Assembly (NCBI GenBank): GCA_004022145.1
Contig: RCNU01000008.1
Length of the DNA stretch: 64,000 nucleotides
Reading direction: 5' to 3' (one strand)
Origin: Paecilomyces variotii
Taxonomy: Eukaryota
Positions 10,212 through 22,325 of this stretch are shown in pieces (position 1 is the stretch's first letter; each line of letters begins with the position of its first letter). A program made the position numbers and the translations under genes. A model generated the notes under the pieces. The model made no database searches. It was not told the origin of the DNA and worked only from the letters and a program-made list of their open reading frames with translations.

Positions 10212-12023
10212 CTCTCGGAGGCACGCGAAGCTGAAGCTGAAGATGCTTAGATTCCTCTATGGGATCGAGCTCTGAAGCTCTAGCTAATCTATCTATCTGT
10301 GCGAAGCATTAAACCCGAAACGGAAGGAGGCAGGCGATACCTATCCGCCTGGCCCTACAGGCCCAAAGCACCCCCCTGGACGCCTCCTGAAGTCATAGGC
10401 AGTTCCTAATCCGGAAAATGGTCAATTATCTTGATGTTCGTTATGCTAATCCCCTGAGCCAACATGCTTAAGCTCAGATCTGTTTTAAGGTCTTATCCTG
10501 ACGGATTGAATCTGACCCAATTTAACGTCTGATCTGGACGGGTCTGGCTGTGATTTTGGCTGGTTAATGTCGTATCTTGATGGGGTGCTCGAGCGTTTCA
10601 TACGCGGAGGGGTCGTTGAATCTGATCTGGTTTGACGTCTGATTAGACGGGTCATTTATTCGTGAGGTGGTGATCGTATTTAACGTCTAGTTTGGACGGG
10701 TCGTTCGTTCAGTCGTCATCTTATTTAACGTCAGGTCAGACGGGTCGAATCTGAACCTGTTTAATGTCCGGTCAGGACGGGATGTTGAATTTGATGAGCT
10801 AGGGCGAGCCCTGCGAAGCCGTGAAAGCGATACTGATCTTTGTTGCTCGCTTATATTTGCTATTGGTTAGGTAGGTGCCATATATCGCTGTATGGCTTCT
10901 AACCTTGTGAGATCTCCTCCATCAAGCAGTAGCAGGTATCTGAACCGTAACCTGGTCTATAACAGTGTCCGCACTTCCCTATGATACAAAGCTTCCTATC
11001 GCGGAGCTCTCTGGTGTATTTGTAGGGGTCCTTCCCCTTTGGAGGACCTGCGCCATATTCTTTTGATATCTGGGACTTGTCTGGTGTTGCTTTGTTTGAT
11101 GTCGCTTCGCTAGATATCACTATTACCGCGGCGAGGTTTAGTTCACTTTTTTTTGCCTATATTAATGGCTTCACGACAGCGTTGTTGGAATTCAGACTTT
11201 GTTATAGTGGTGGACTTATCCTTTGGCCATAAGCAGTACTAAGCTATTGTCTAGTTGGGTAGTTCGTTCTCGAGTTCTTCAAAGAGGAGTATGGCGGCAC
11301 ACCACGGAGTGATGGTAAGGTTTAGCACGTTGCCAAGCGTCACGGTAGGCGATAACGAACTGTTCAATCGATCCATATTAATGTCGATGTGTTTTTACCG
11401 ATGCCTTCCAAACGGTGCGAAGTTTTATATGTCCCTCCCCCATCACGATTGTTTTTATCGCATTGATATATTCGTTGGTGTAGATCGGTTCATTAGGGAG
11501 CTGACGGAGTTCCTCTATGATCTCGAGGTCGAGCTGGGCTGTAATCTAACTTCTTATTGACAGAGACATCCTCCTCCACCTATTATACGCGTCTTGATCG
11601 GTACTGCTAGGGGTAGGTCTGGGACAGTAGAGTCAATAAGGTTCGAGCAGTCAACCGCTCGAAGGACATCCTTAACGAGGTAGAGCCAAGTGTCAAATTT
11701 GGTCTTCGTGGTGAGCTTTTGAATGCCGTCGATTTCCTCTGGCACCTTCTCTGGTAGGCCAGTTCCTGGATGAGCCAACTTCGAGGATAACTGGCGGGGT
11801 AGTAGTGCTGGTGTTCGACAGGTGGTAGGTAGGAGGGGCAGATCCTGCAGAAAGCAGGTCTGGTTCAAGAATATAGTCTCTGCGGTATCTAGAGCTGCTT
11901 TTAGTCATAAAAAAAATCATGAAAATGAAGCTATTCCGGGCGCATAACCTCTCCGAGGCACGCGAAGCAGAAGATGAAGACGCTTAGATTCCTCTATGGG
12001 ATTGAGCTCTGAAGCTCTAGCTA
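10212..12023 (-). mobile_element. Non-autonomous gag-only retroelement-like relic with 75-bp direct repeats
   Basis: Direct repeats 10212-10286 and 11949-12023 (5 mismatches in 75 bp). Internal minus-strand ORF pieces: copia-gag-like IQKLTTKTKFDTWLYLVKDVL...LIDS (11554-11868) and degenerate zinc knuckle KCGHCYRPGYGSDTC (10899-11120). No TG..CA ends or pol seen. Confidence 0.55.
10480..10785. repeat. Array of ~7 degenerate 23-24 bp repeats (TTTAACGTC-N6-7-GACGGGTC) with variable spacers
   Basis: Copies at ~10485, 10521, 10562, 10631, 10679, 10724 and 10760; the best-preserved copies contain an internal CGTC/GACG inverted pair. Confidence 0.8.
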
Positions 12024-12379
12024 GTCCTCAAAAAGTTGCCTATTAAAGGAACGTCCTGACTCTAAAGTACAGTGGCAATGATTTTGTGTATCATGTCTCG
12101 AACTATTGCAAACTTATACTTATCTTTCCCTACTCTGTTTCACATGTGTACATGGATGGAGAACTAGGATCCGAAGATACAGTTCATTCGTGGCTAACTA
12201 TCTCTGTCTGTAATATCTTAGACAGTGCTAGCTCCATACAGTCAATTTCCTCCGTTATGAACTGATCTTCTTTCCCGGCCCACAGGATCCATGTCAGTGT
12301 CGTTGATCCATCTCCAGTCTCATTCTCAGACCATCGCTCTTCTGCCTGTTTTTCGTCTTGCGTGGTGGTCCGCGTGTAG

Positions 12380-12421
12380 GTAGTCGGTAGTCGGTAGTCG
12401 GTAGTCGGTAGTCGGTAGTCG
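12380..12421. repeat. (GTAGTCG)x6 heptamer microsatellite just 3' of helicase 1
   Basis: Read directly from the sequence. Confidence 0.95.
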
Positions 12422-12477
12422 GTAGTAGGTGTACTCGGTTGTCGATCGTCCTTGTTGAGGTTACACTCATGGCCTAC

Positions 12478-15400
12478 CTACCACTTGGCGTCTGTCGCAT
12501 CATTGAACTTAGACTCCCACTTCGAGGCGTCATCCGGTTGCTGTGCTTCCTGCTCCCATGCACTATCCTGTTCCTGCAGCTGCGCGCCCTCCTGTGACTG
12601 CTCCTGCTCCTGCTCCTGCGCCTGTTCCTGCTCCTGCGCCTGCTCCTGCGCCTGTTCCTGCTCCTGCTCCTGCGACTGCTCCTGTTCCTGCGACTGATGG
12701 TGCACATACTCCGAGGTCACTGGATCTCCAGTGACCTCGTATACCGCATCTCGCTCGTATAGATGCTTCCAGTACTCAACAATCTCGATTGGCTTCTGTT
12801 CCGGCTCAGCGTCGCTATCCCTCTTTCTCTTCAGTTTCAGTGCACAGCCTGTGATGCAGCCCTTCCCAACCACGATGAGACATTCTTTCGCACGCGTAAT
12901 CGCCACATTGCAGCGATTGTTGTTCACGGTGAACCCAAGGTCCGCGATACGCTCGGCGCTAGTAACCACCCAGTCTAGGATCACGCATTCTGCTTCGTGG
13001 CCTTGCATTGAATCGACGGTCGCGACCTTGGCAATGTCGCGCCATGCAATACGTTTCTGTGTCGCGAAATTGATCAGAGCCGTCACATAACAAGAGCGCT
13101 GTTCTGAGTACGGGGTGATGATAGTTACATCACCACCCTGAGACAGTGCCTTGCTATCAAAAAGATAAGATAACAGCTCCATCACGACAGCAACGTTTTG
13201 CAGGTTGTATCGGGACTTGTTTCGAGGCTCGACCTTGTCCTCGCCATTCTTTACATCAAGGGCGATGAGATGTAGATCCGGCTCTCTGGATGGGGTGGGA
13301 CAGATTGTCCTCAACCAGTTAAGCAACCCAGTTTTCAATTCTGGGCGCATAGGATGATCCTCCAAGCCGCTCTCCGTCTTCATGAGCCCGTTGTAGGTAA
13401 AAGCGCTGGGAAATGCTGCCAGGTCGGGGTGCATGCGATGCTGGACGTTCAACATGCAAGAAGGAAATCCTGCTTGGAGAAGTCGGTCGAACAGCGACCT
13501 CCCCAGTTGTTCGCTGAACTCATTCAATCCAGGCGAGGTAAACGCGGACACAACAAGAGGCGGTAACTGGTGTCTGTCGCCTCCTCGGATCGTCCCTCGT
13601 ACCAACTGGGCCTGGTTCAGTGAAACGAGCGGTATCCAGGCATTGGGTTCCACTGCCTGTCCATCTTCGTCGGCTATGACGATGATACCTTTGCATGGAT
13701 TCGCAGGGTCTGCCGCGAAGTTCTTCCTGATCAGATCAGTGCCGGCCAGGTTGTCCGTACAGGACACGATCCATGCCTCCCTCACCACAACTTCCGAGAT
13801 TTCGTTGTACGCGCGTCGGAACTTTGCCTGTTCTTCCTTCCACGCAGCCAGTTCTCCAGTGGCGTTTTTGTCAGTGGGTCGCAGAGGAGGGTTGCAGAGA
13901 TAATTCCAGAAGTAGCTGTAGGCATCAAACTCGTCACCGGGAACGCCATCCACTTGTCGTGCTATCATGAGTTTCTCCCCCTTTGAGATGGCAGTCGTTG
14001 TGCGGCGCCTGACGTGCTCGAAGAAGGTGTACTTCGGGTCTCCCGCTATGCGTTTATGGTAGGATTCCTTGGCGTCTCGGAGCACGGCTGCAATGACAGA
14101 GTCCCTACTGGTCGGAGCATCCGGCGAAACTTCTTCGTGGTCAGGACCATCCGCCGACAGGACACCTTCCAGGCGAGCTTGACGAACTCGCACATAGTCA
14201 ATTGAGCCTTGAGTGAGACTGACCAGTCTCTGCGTAATTGCGTCTACGGACGCGTTGCTGGGACTGACGATCAGAACGTGGAGTCCGGCCAGGTGGTACA
14301 ATATCACGAGGGCCGCGAGGACCGTCGACTTTCCACAGCCAGGGAAACCTTCGACGAGACCGATCCTGGATGTGAGGTTGGCGGCCATATCGAAAACCTG
14401 CCGCTGCTGCTTATTCCAGGGCTTCAGGTGGAGTACCGCCTGGAGAGCCACCTGTACCTTCTGAGGGTCCAGGCCGTCAAAGGGGTTTGTCTTGCTGAGC
14501 AGACACGGCTCCTGGTTCAGGAAAGCCATGTGCCATGTTGGGTCTTCCCGTAAGTGTGACAGTGCGTTAATCTGTCGTCGGAGTGGCGCTTCATTCTCCT
14601 CAAACTTGAGCGATGCAGCCTGAATGAACCTGAGTCGCTGGCCAGGCACTGAGAAGATGTTCTTGTAGCGCAGTATCTGTTTTCCATAGATGGCGACATG
14701 GATCTGACCCTCACCGATCCCTGCGTGGTCCGGAACTACCAGACCGCGACAGACGATCGTGGACTCTTCACCTTCTGGCATAAAGGTGATCTCAACACGC
14801 GTGCTGTCGGCAATCATCAGGTCAGTTTGCTGGAGGGTCAAGGGGAGGAGGCCATCGTTGAGCTGCGATCGGTCGATGTAAACAACAGCGTATACAACTG
14901 AGTTATCGTAAACCACAAACGCAACCGACGCATTTGCGTTGACGACTCGCTGGAACTGCATAATACCCACACGATAGTCCAAGTCTGCACCGTAGGTGAG
15001 TTTCACGCTGGCTTCCTCAATATCATGGAAGTAGTTAGCAGCCGGAACTGCACAAAGCTGACCATTCCAACCTTCTGCGACCTGCGCTCTTGGCACTAGC
15101 TGTCCAGCCTGGCATCTGATGTTTCCCACCCTGGAGCGATAGGGAAACCATGCGCGGGTCCATGGCAAGTGCTCGGCGAATCCCTGAAGAACTTCGACGA
15201 AGTTTCCTGCGTGCTCAACCTCGTCCGGTTTGAGTGGAACCCGGACATGCACCTGCCTCCTTTCCCGTGAATGGGAGGAGGTGGCCGCGTACAGGAATTC
15301 CAAGAACGCGATCGTCAGCTCATCCATCTTATCCTTCTTCTCGTTTGTGAATTTCAGACCGGTGGAGATGCCGCCCGTCGTTATGAACTTCACGTCGATG

Positions 15401-16211
15401 TAGCAAGGGTCGCAGTATTCTCCGTTCTGGTCTCTCGAGAAGATGGGTCTGCACACGAGATCAGAGACCTCGCGCTTCTGGACATCCGGGCCTGCGTGTA
15501 AGTCGAAAACAAGTGAAGCCCTGTGAACAAGGTTCACAGGATGCCACAAGCCTCTCTGGATGTTGCGGGTGTTCCTGACGCAGATTTCGAAGACTAGCTT
15601 CGGTGCGACAGGGCCCCCAACTATCTCCATCGTCACACTTGCACCGTAGAGACTGGCTCCAGGAACAGTGGGGTACATTTGCCTGTTGTCCGCAAGGACA
15701 AACTGAACGTGTCGTTTTCTGGGCCCCAGGAATCCAGTGGACCGACGGTGCTCCAACGGCACGAGGACCCAGTCCTCCACAGACTTATTTCCAGCAGCGG
15801 GCTTGGTCCTTTCTGCCGGGAACGTACCCTGATAAAAGTTGCATTAACCCATGGTCTCTCAAATAAGCCAATCTATTGCACTTACCATCCACATATCACT
15901 GGTCATCACAGTGTCTGACGCTATATCCTACCCTATGTTAGATTTGCATAACATGATTTGAGTTGCCGACCATCCGTGAGAGCGTACCTTGCCGTTATCA
16001 GTAGAGGCACCGGTGTTAACAGGAACACCGGTATCAGCAGGTGATTCTATTTCCATTTCCGTGTTGTCCCATTCGCTTTGAATATGCTTCAAGAACATAA
16101 CATGTCAGTGTTTGCAAAATATAGAAATGACACACACAAGAGAAGGTTTCTGATGGTATAACATACCTGTTCCTGTTCCTGAGAGACATGACCATAATTA
16201 AAAGCATCCAT
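12478..16211 (-). CDS. Upf1/DNA2-NAM7-like superfamily 1B helicase (copy 1, apparently intact, ~1170 aa)
   Basis: Motifs EGFPGCGKST, VSPSNASVD, ADEDGQA, GGDRHQLPP, SLFDRL, QHRMHP, ITPYSEQ, TVDSMQGHE, RCNVAITRA. Predicted upstream exons 16211..16167, 16086..15988 and possibly 15927..15886 splice in frame to 15828..12478. C-terminal QE repeat. Confidence 0.88.
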
Positions 16212-16227
16212 TTTTGGTCTTGCTGAG

Positions 16228-16412
16228 AAGATGGGAGATGCTAGATGGGAGATGCTAGATGGGAGATGCTAGATGGGAGATGCTAGATGGGAGATGGGAG
16301 ACGGGAGATGGGAGATGGGAGATGGGAGATCGATGATGGATGATGGGTGATGGATGATGGGTGATGGGTGTAAGAAGTGAGAAGATGGAAGTGAGAAGAT
16401 GGAAGTGAGAAG
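16228..16412. repeat. Heptamer-based array (GATGGGA/GATGCTA/GAAGTGA) in the predicted leader intron of helicase 1
   Basis: Read directly; pyrimidine-rich on the sense (minus) strand, ending at the acceptor cttctcag (16223). Confidence 0.85.
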
Positions 16413-16529
16413 TGAAAAACGAGGGATTTAAGCAGGGGAAGACAGGGAGGACTGGCAGAAATAAACAAAGAAAATTTTTTGCACTGAAGTGTTTGTTGGA
16501 TTAAAAGAGTAAAGAAGTGAATTAGAAAA

Positions 16530-16619
16530 ATGGGTGTGAGAATGGCTCACCCGGGTGGCTACTCGCTGCCCCTCTTCACCAGACAGAGCTATCTCTCTTG
16601 ATACCTCCCTGATAGAAGA
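16530..16619 (-). promoter_or_regulatory. Conserved structured leader element, copy B (upstream of helicase 1)
   Basis: Reverse complement is tcttctatcagggaggtatcaagagagatagctctgtctggtgaaga...cccgggtgagccattctcacacccat. Confidence 0.75.
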
Positions 16620-18462
16620 TTGCCATGAAAGGCTAGAGCAGGTTTTACCGCTGTTTTAGTGATAGAGGCTGTTTTCTGTTATAGAAACTGTCGTATGGAG
16701 CTCTGCAGGAAAGGGGGGGTCTACATGCCTGACTGACTGCTCAAGACGAGGACACATATAGCGATGACGATTGTTTGCAGGTTGTAGTGATGGGAGATAG
16801 TGGTCCCTTCAAGACTTCAAGAAATAAGGGCATGCATTGATGTAGCGGATAAGGAGCCATGACTGCGACTGCCTAAAAGAATGGCAATACGTCGTGGCGA
16901 TCAATAGGCACTCGTTGGATGTATCGGGAGAGGTGAGTCGACGTTGGAGCTGGTCGACTTGATACCTAACTTGCAATCCATAATAAGGAGTTCGTCTTCA
17001 TAATGACTATAAACGCGCTCATTTGATGAAGATCAGACCAGGTTGTAATAGTAAAGAAAATTAGCAGCGGTAATGACCAGCACAAGAGGCTATTTAAGGT
17101 GAAAATTCGACGGAGTTCTCCGCAGGGTCCCCCCCCCCGAGAGGTTTTCGTAGTGAATTAGAGATACAATGAAAGGTGACGAACCTAGAAAGTTGTGGAA
17201 TGGTCTCAATTATACGGGGTAGTCCGATTCGCTCGAGCTTCACACCTGAGAAGCGTCTGTTTTTGGCCTTGCAGGTGTTTACGAGGTCTGGCGCGTGCTC
17301 ATAGTCTGCCCTGTCTTCGTGGAACTTCGTTCGTGGGAAGTCTCAACTGCTGGGCAGAGAAGGAGAAAAGTGGTATGTAGAAGTCTGTGTTTCTCTAATG
17401 CTAAAGGCCTCGCTACATACAGGAGGTCATGTGACATAAGCTCATGTGAAGGAGGGACGTAACGTCAACGCTTAATCCCACTTTTCGTGTACTTTTCTTA
17501 AGTAGACCTTAGCCAAAAAGTCTACACGATACAGCTAGGGAACTTCTAGTCGCCAGATTCAGTGATGAGAGATCTGGGAGCGCCCCTGCATCGTGCAATG
17601 AACTGAATACCAAATGATGATTAGGAAAGCCAATTGACTGGGGGTAAAGACCCGGCCTGACATAGCTCAAGCAGTCAATAGATTGCAACGAAAAGCAGCG
17701 AATCGCGATGACGACAAGATCACGGCAGCCAAACATCTATTTCGATGTCTAGGATAGCATACTGAATACGAGATCCTACACGGCAAATTGAAGTCTACGT
17801 CGATTCTAGTCATTAAGATAACCGGATAGGAAGTGGACGGAAGCACTTGTCATTCTATTCATGGGATTACCGATAAGCTGGTCTAGCAGGAAGCAACATG
17901 TTGTATCACCGTTTGTAATTTTGGTCGAATCCTGCGCTTGAGATTTCGTGATATTATATGTATAACTTGCATTATGATAATGCTTTCAGATAACCTCAAT
18001 CGCTATTAGACGAGGCTACTAATGTAAATACAGGATTGTATTATCGACGCTGAATTGTATATCAGAATAATTCGAAGTGATTGTTATTCAATAACTGTTC
18101 CAGTAAAGTAGAGTGGCCTTAGGATTTCCATAATGCCCATGTTGTCAATTTGATAATCGATCGTCTTGTCGCGATTTATTGAGATGAGCCTCAAACTGTA
18201 AGAACTTTCTAACAATAACTCGGGAGTACTAATTTATAGTGTGGTCGGGTCTACGTCTCGTTATTAGGAATAAACCACGAACGAGCTCACTGTTGGTTAG
18301 GATTGCATTTTATTGAACTTCAGACCTAACTAAAACGCTCGAAAGTTGCAACAGTCTGCCATACTGGTCCGTACTCCGGAGGTTTTCTCTGTTTGCACGA
18401 AGAGAGCCTAGATACCACCGACGCGCCACGCTTGCCGCCCTTTTCGTTCTTCTTCTTCTTCT

Positions 18463-18464
<2 letters not shown>

Positions 18465-18501
<37 letters not shown>
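18465..18501. repeat. Poly-T run (~37 nt; poly-A on the minus strand)
   Basis: Read directly; lies ~230 bp downstream of the helicase 2 ORF end. Confidence 0.9.
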
Positions 18502-18734
18502 CCCTCCTTCTTCACCCCATGACGGTTGTTTCAAAAGATCGATAGAGAAAACTCAGCAGCAAGTTCGCCTTGGTCTGTTCGGCCCGACCTTGATCCGCTT
18601 CAATAGATATCGGCGTCCCTCTGGTCCGCCCGTGTGTCCGCTCCAGAGATACCATCAGACGCTTCCTGAGGCTGGCCAAGATCCTGAGCTTGCTCATCTT
18701 GACGCTCAGCGTTCGCTGCTTCGTGTGTTTCGGC

Positions 18735-21700
18735 CTAGGTGTACTCGTCCGAGGTAGCCGGCTCTACATATACCGACTGAAGAGGGTAGCAAACATCCTT
18801 CTTAGCCAGGTAGCGCCAGAACTCCAGAACCTCCGGCGGCGGCTTCACATCACCCTTTTGCTTAGAATTGGCTTGCTGCTTGGAAGCATAATCACCACTC
18901 AGCATTCCCACGTTTCCCACATTGATAAGACAAGATCGCGCTCTGGTGATACCAACATTGCACCTATTGTTATCAACAGTAAACCCGAGATCGCTAGGTC
19001 TGACAGCCTGGGAAACAACCCAGTCGAAGATAACACAATCCGATTGATGCCCCTGCATTGAATCAACGGTGGCAACTTTCACCATGTGCTTCCACTGAAC
19101 TCCCTTTGTTGCAGCGAGCTCTATTAGGGCCTTGATGTACCTAGACCGCTGCTCGGCGTAAGGGGTGAGTATGGTGACTGAGTATGTAGTAAAGTCAAAC
19201 TTAGCAGCCATTAGGTGCCGGATGAAATCTACAACGACCTTACAATTGTGGCCATTGTACCTGGAGTTGCTAGCTTCTTCTATTCGATATACTCTGTTCT
19301 TAATGTTGAGAGCGATGAGCGACATGTTGTCATTAGCAAAAGCCATCTGGCAGCCCGCACGGGCGTTAATCTAACCTCGCAGGTTCTGCTCAAAGATGGG
19401 ATTGATTGTGAGATCATGCACCGATGGATCATCCTCCAACATTCCTGAGTATGTGAACTCGCATGGGAATCGGGAGATCTCGGGTCTCATCCTATGCTGC
19501 TTTCCGATAATGTAAGACGGAAAGCCGGTCCGCAGCAGACGATTATATAAAGAGCGGGTTAATTGATGAGAGAACTCATTTATACCTGGACTTTGGAAGT
19601 CTGAGACGACAAGAGGCGGAAGCTGATGGCGGTCTCCACCGCGGATTGAGGCCTTGACGAACTTTGCCTGATTGAGTGACACTATAGGAATCCACGTGTT
19701 TGGCTCAACTGCCTGGCTATCTTCGTCGCTGATGACGACGATACCTTTGGTGTCTGTACCGAAGTGCTTCCGAATTCGCGGTGAACCAGCCAGGTTGTCC
19801 GTGCAAGCGACGATGCGGGTATTCTTGACGATTTCGTTCGCGATAGCTTCATAGGCTTTGCGGAAACGTGATCGCTGTTCCTTCCATAAGTCCAACTTCT
19901 GGATTCGCTCGGAATTGCTCGGAGATTCAGGTTTTTCAGGAGGGCAATCAATCCAGTCACGGAACACGGAGTACGCTTCAATCACCTCACGTGTATCCTT
20001 CTCAGCGGACTCATCCTCGTCGTTGTGATCAGAACCGAGGGCAGGGTCCTCTTCCAATTCCTCATCTTCCTCCTGTCTGATACGTACAAGGAGCCTTTCT
20101 CCAGCAGCGAGTTGCTTCCTGGCGTGGCGGTCGACGTGAGAAAAGACTGAATACCTCAGATCGCCCTGTGCTTTCTGGTACTGGGAGTTTTTCAGAATCC
20201 CTAACAGATTGACAATCGAAGTTTTAAAGTCCTCTACCGATAGCTTATCGTCTTCATCGTCGACTTTCTTCCCAAATATGGACGTCCGTTCAATTGTTGC
20301 CTGCCGGATACAAACGTAGTCGATTTCGGGCGCCATCAACAGCAGTTCGGAAGTGAATGCGTCGACAGTAGCATTTGAGGGTGTGACGATGAGTATATGC
20401 AGTCCAGCCTTGTGGCACAGAAGGGCAAGTGCTGCAAGAACAGTGGTTTTTCCGCACCCGGGGTATCCTTCGATGAGTCCTACACCACCTCTCAGTTGCC
20501 TGATCATCTTGAACACAGCCAATTGCTGGTCAGTCCAGTTCTTCAGATGCAGAACCGCGTCGAATGCTGCCTTGACAGTGACTTCGTCAAGTTCAGCGAA
20601 AGGGTCAATGATCTCCATGCCGCTCAACTCCTGGTTCAGGAAGACAGAGGTCCAGAGGTGAGAAGCAGTATTGTGAAGGAGCTCGAGACAGTTTACCTGT
20701 CTCTTGATCGGAGCGTTATTGTCAGAGAACTCTACATTTCCAGTACACCAACGGAGTCGATCTCCAGGAGATGTGAGCAGACCCCTTGCCTTCTTGAAGA
20801 TTGATGTGCCGTGTATTGCGATATAAATATCACCCTGCTTGATTGACGCATAGTCGGGGATGACAATGCCGGCTACGGTCTTGTGGTTGAAACCTTCTTT
20901 GGGACAGAAGGTCACAGTCACTGGCGTGTTGTCGGGCACCACCACATCAGAGCCGCGCATGATCTCAGGGACAAACTTCTCATTGAGCCCTGCCTTGTCG
21001 ATCTTGACCACAGCAATGACAGACTTCCCAGAATACGAGACAAAACCGATCTTCGATTGTTTCTTCGAAAGTCGGTTCAGGTGAAGCTTTTGCACTCTGT
21101 CCTCCAGCACCGCGCCGTACGCGAGCCTAACATGACCGTCGTCAAGGTTATGGAAGAAGTCGCTTGCTGGGAACGCGACAGGGTTCCACCTCTGGAAGAC
21201 GTCCTGGCGAGATGCGAACTGTCCGTATATACATCGGATCAGATCGGACCTCGCGCAGTACGGGAAGAACGCTCGCTGTAGAGGTCGTTGGCGGCTGATG
21301 GATCGAAGGGCATCGCGCATACCCTTCAATCTGTCGCCAGCCACGTCCTCGGCGTCGACATACATGCGCACACGAAGAATCCGTGCTTCAGTAGACGTGT
21401 CATACGTGAAGCTGTTCATGTGGCGAAGAAGGTCCACCGTCTCGACATCGAACTGCTCGTTAGTGTGGCGTAGGCCACACGAAACGCCGCCGTTCGTCTT
21501 GAACTTGATGTCGATGTAGTTTGACTGCTCGGTCGTTTCTGTCCCTTCAGCGCCCGGCGCGGCAGATGTCTTGTCCTCCCACTCGAATTCGGAGACCTCG
21601 GATCGATGAGGGCCCATCATGCTCGAACGAGCAGGTGGGTGCAGATCGAACTCGAGGTATGCGGTGTGCATAAGGTTGATGGAGTGCATCAAACCTTTGC

Positions 21701-22281
21701 TTATGTCCTTGACGTTCCTGACGAAGACCTTGAATCGTATCTTCGCAGCCACAGGACGACCGACCACCGATATCCGAACGTCGCTTCCTTTGTCCTTGAT
21801 GAATGGTGTCTCTGGGATCAAGGAGCCGTCTTCTCTCACGAACTGGACAGAACGCGGCATCGGACCATCAAACAGGATGCGCTCTTCCGACTTCCTATTT
21901 CCGAGATCGCGGAGCATCTCCTCGTCCTCAGTTCCATCAAGACGCTGTAAGTTGTCAGTGGCAGATCTGTGGAGCATGTGTGTTTGGAAACTCACGGGGC
22001 CATTTTGTTCAATGACTGGATCTTGGACTAACTCTGCGGTATCCTGTTCGACGTGTAAGCACGATAGACCTATCTCGTTAACAATTTCTGCATGGGAACC
22101 TACCATTTGCATGGTTCCTGTCTCGACAGTTTCAGGTGCAGTCTCGGTCTGGGGAGCCTCAGTTTGGGGAGTCTCGCTTGGGATTTCCATATCCCATTCA
22201 GAAGTTCCAATCTGTTCGTGGTCTATTTAGTTTTGATCCATGGTGGATATGGAAAAGACTCTTGCTCACCGGATAAGCCAT
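18735..22281 (-). pseudogene. Upf1-like SF1B helicase (copy 2) interrupted by one in-frame TAG at 19373-19371
   Basis: Motifs EGYPGCGKTT, SDEDSQA, GGDRHQLPP, QHRMRP, LTPYAEQ, TVDSMQGHQ, RCNVGITRA. ORFs 19371..22190 and 18735..19346 are in the same frame; the TAG aligns with a Trp of copy 1. Predicted first exon 22281..22270 (MAYP), intron 22269..22212. Confidence 0.8.
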
Positions 22282-22325
22282 GATGTAGGATAAATTACCG
22301 GATAGTTCGCGAATGGAAAACCGGA

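Noticed and set aside
10480-10785. CRISPR array
   Set aside because: Eukaryotic context, degenerate repeats, irregular spacer lengths and no cas genes.
18465-18501. Poly-A tail indicating helicase 2 is a retrocopy
   Set aside because: The gene retains a predicted intron and its upstream leader, and no target-site duplication was seen; a simple homopolymer is more likely.
12478-22281. Helitron interpretation of the helicases
   Set aside because: Motifs are Upf1-like (GDxxQLPP, QxRM, TVDxxQG, NVxxTRA), not PIF1-like, and no HUH Rep domain was seen.
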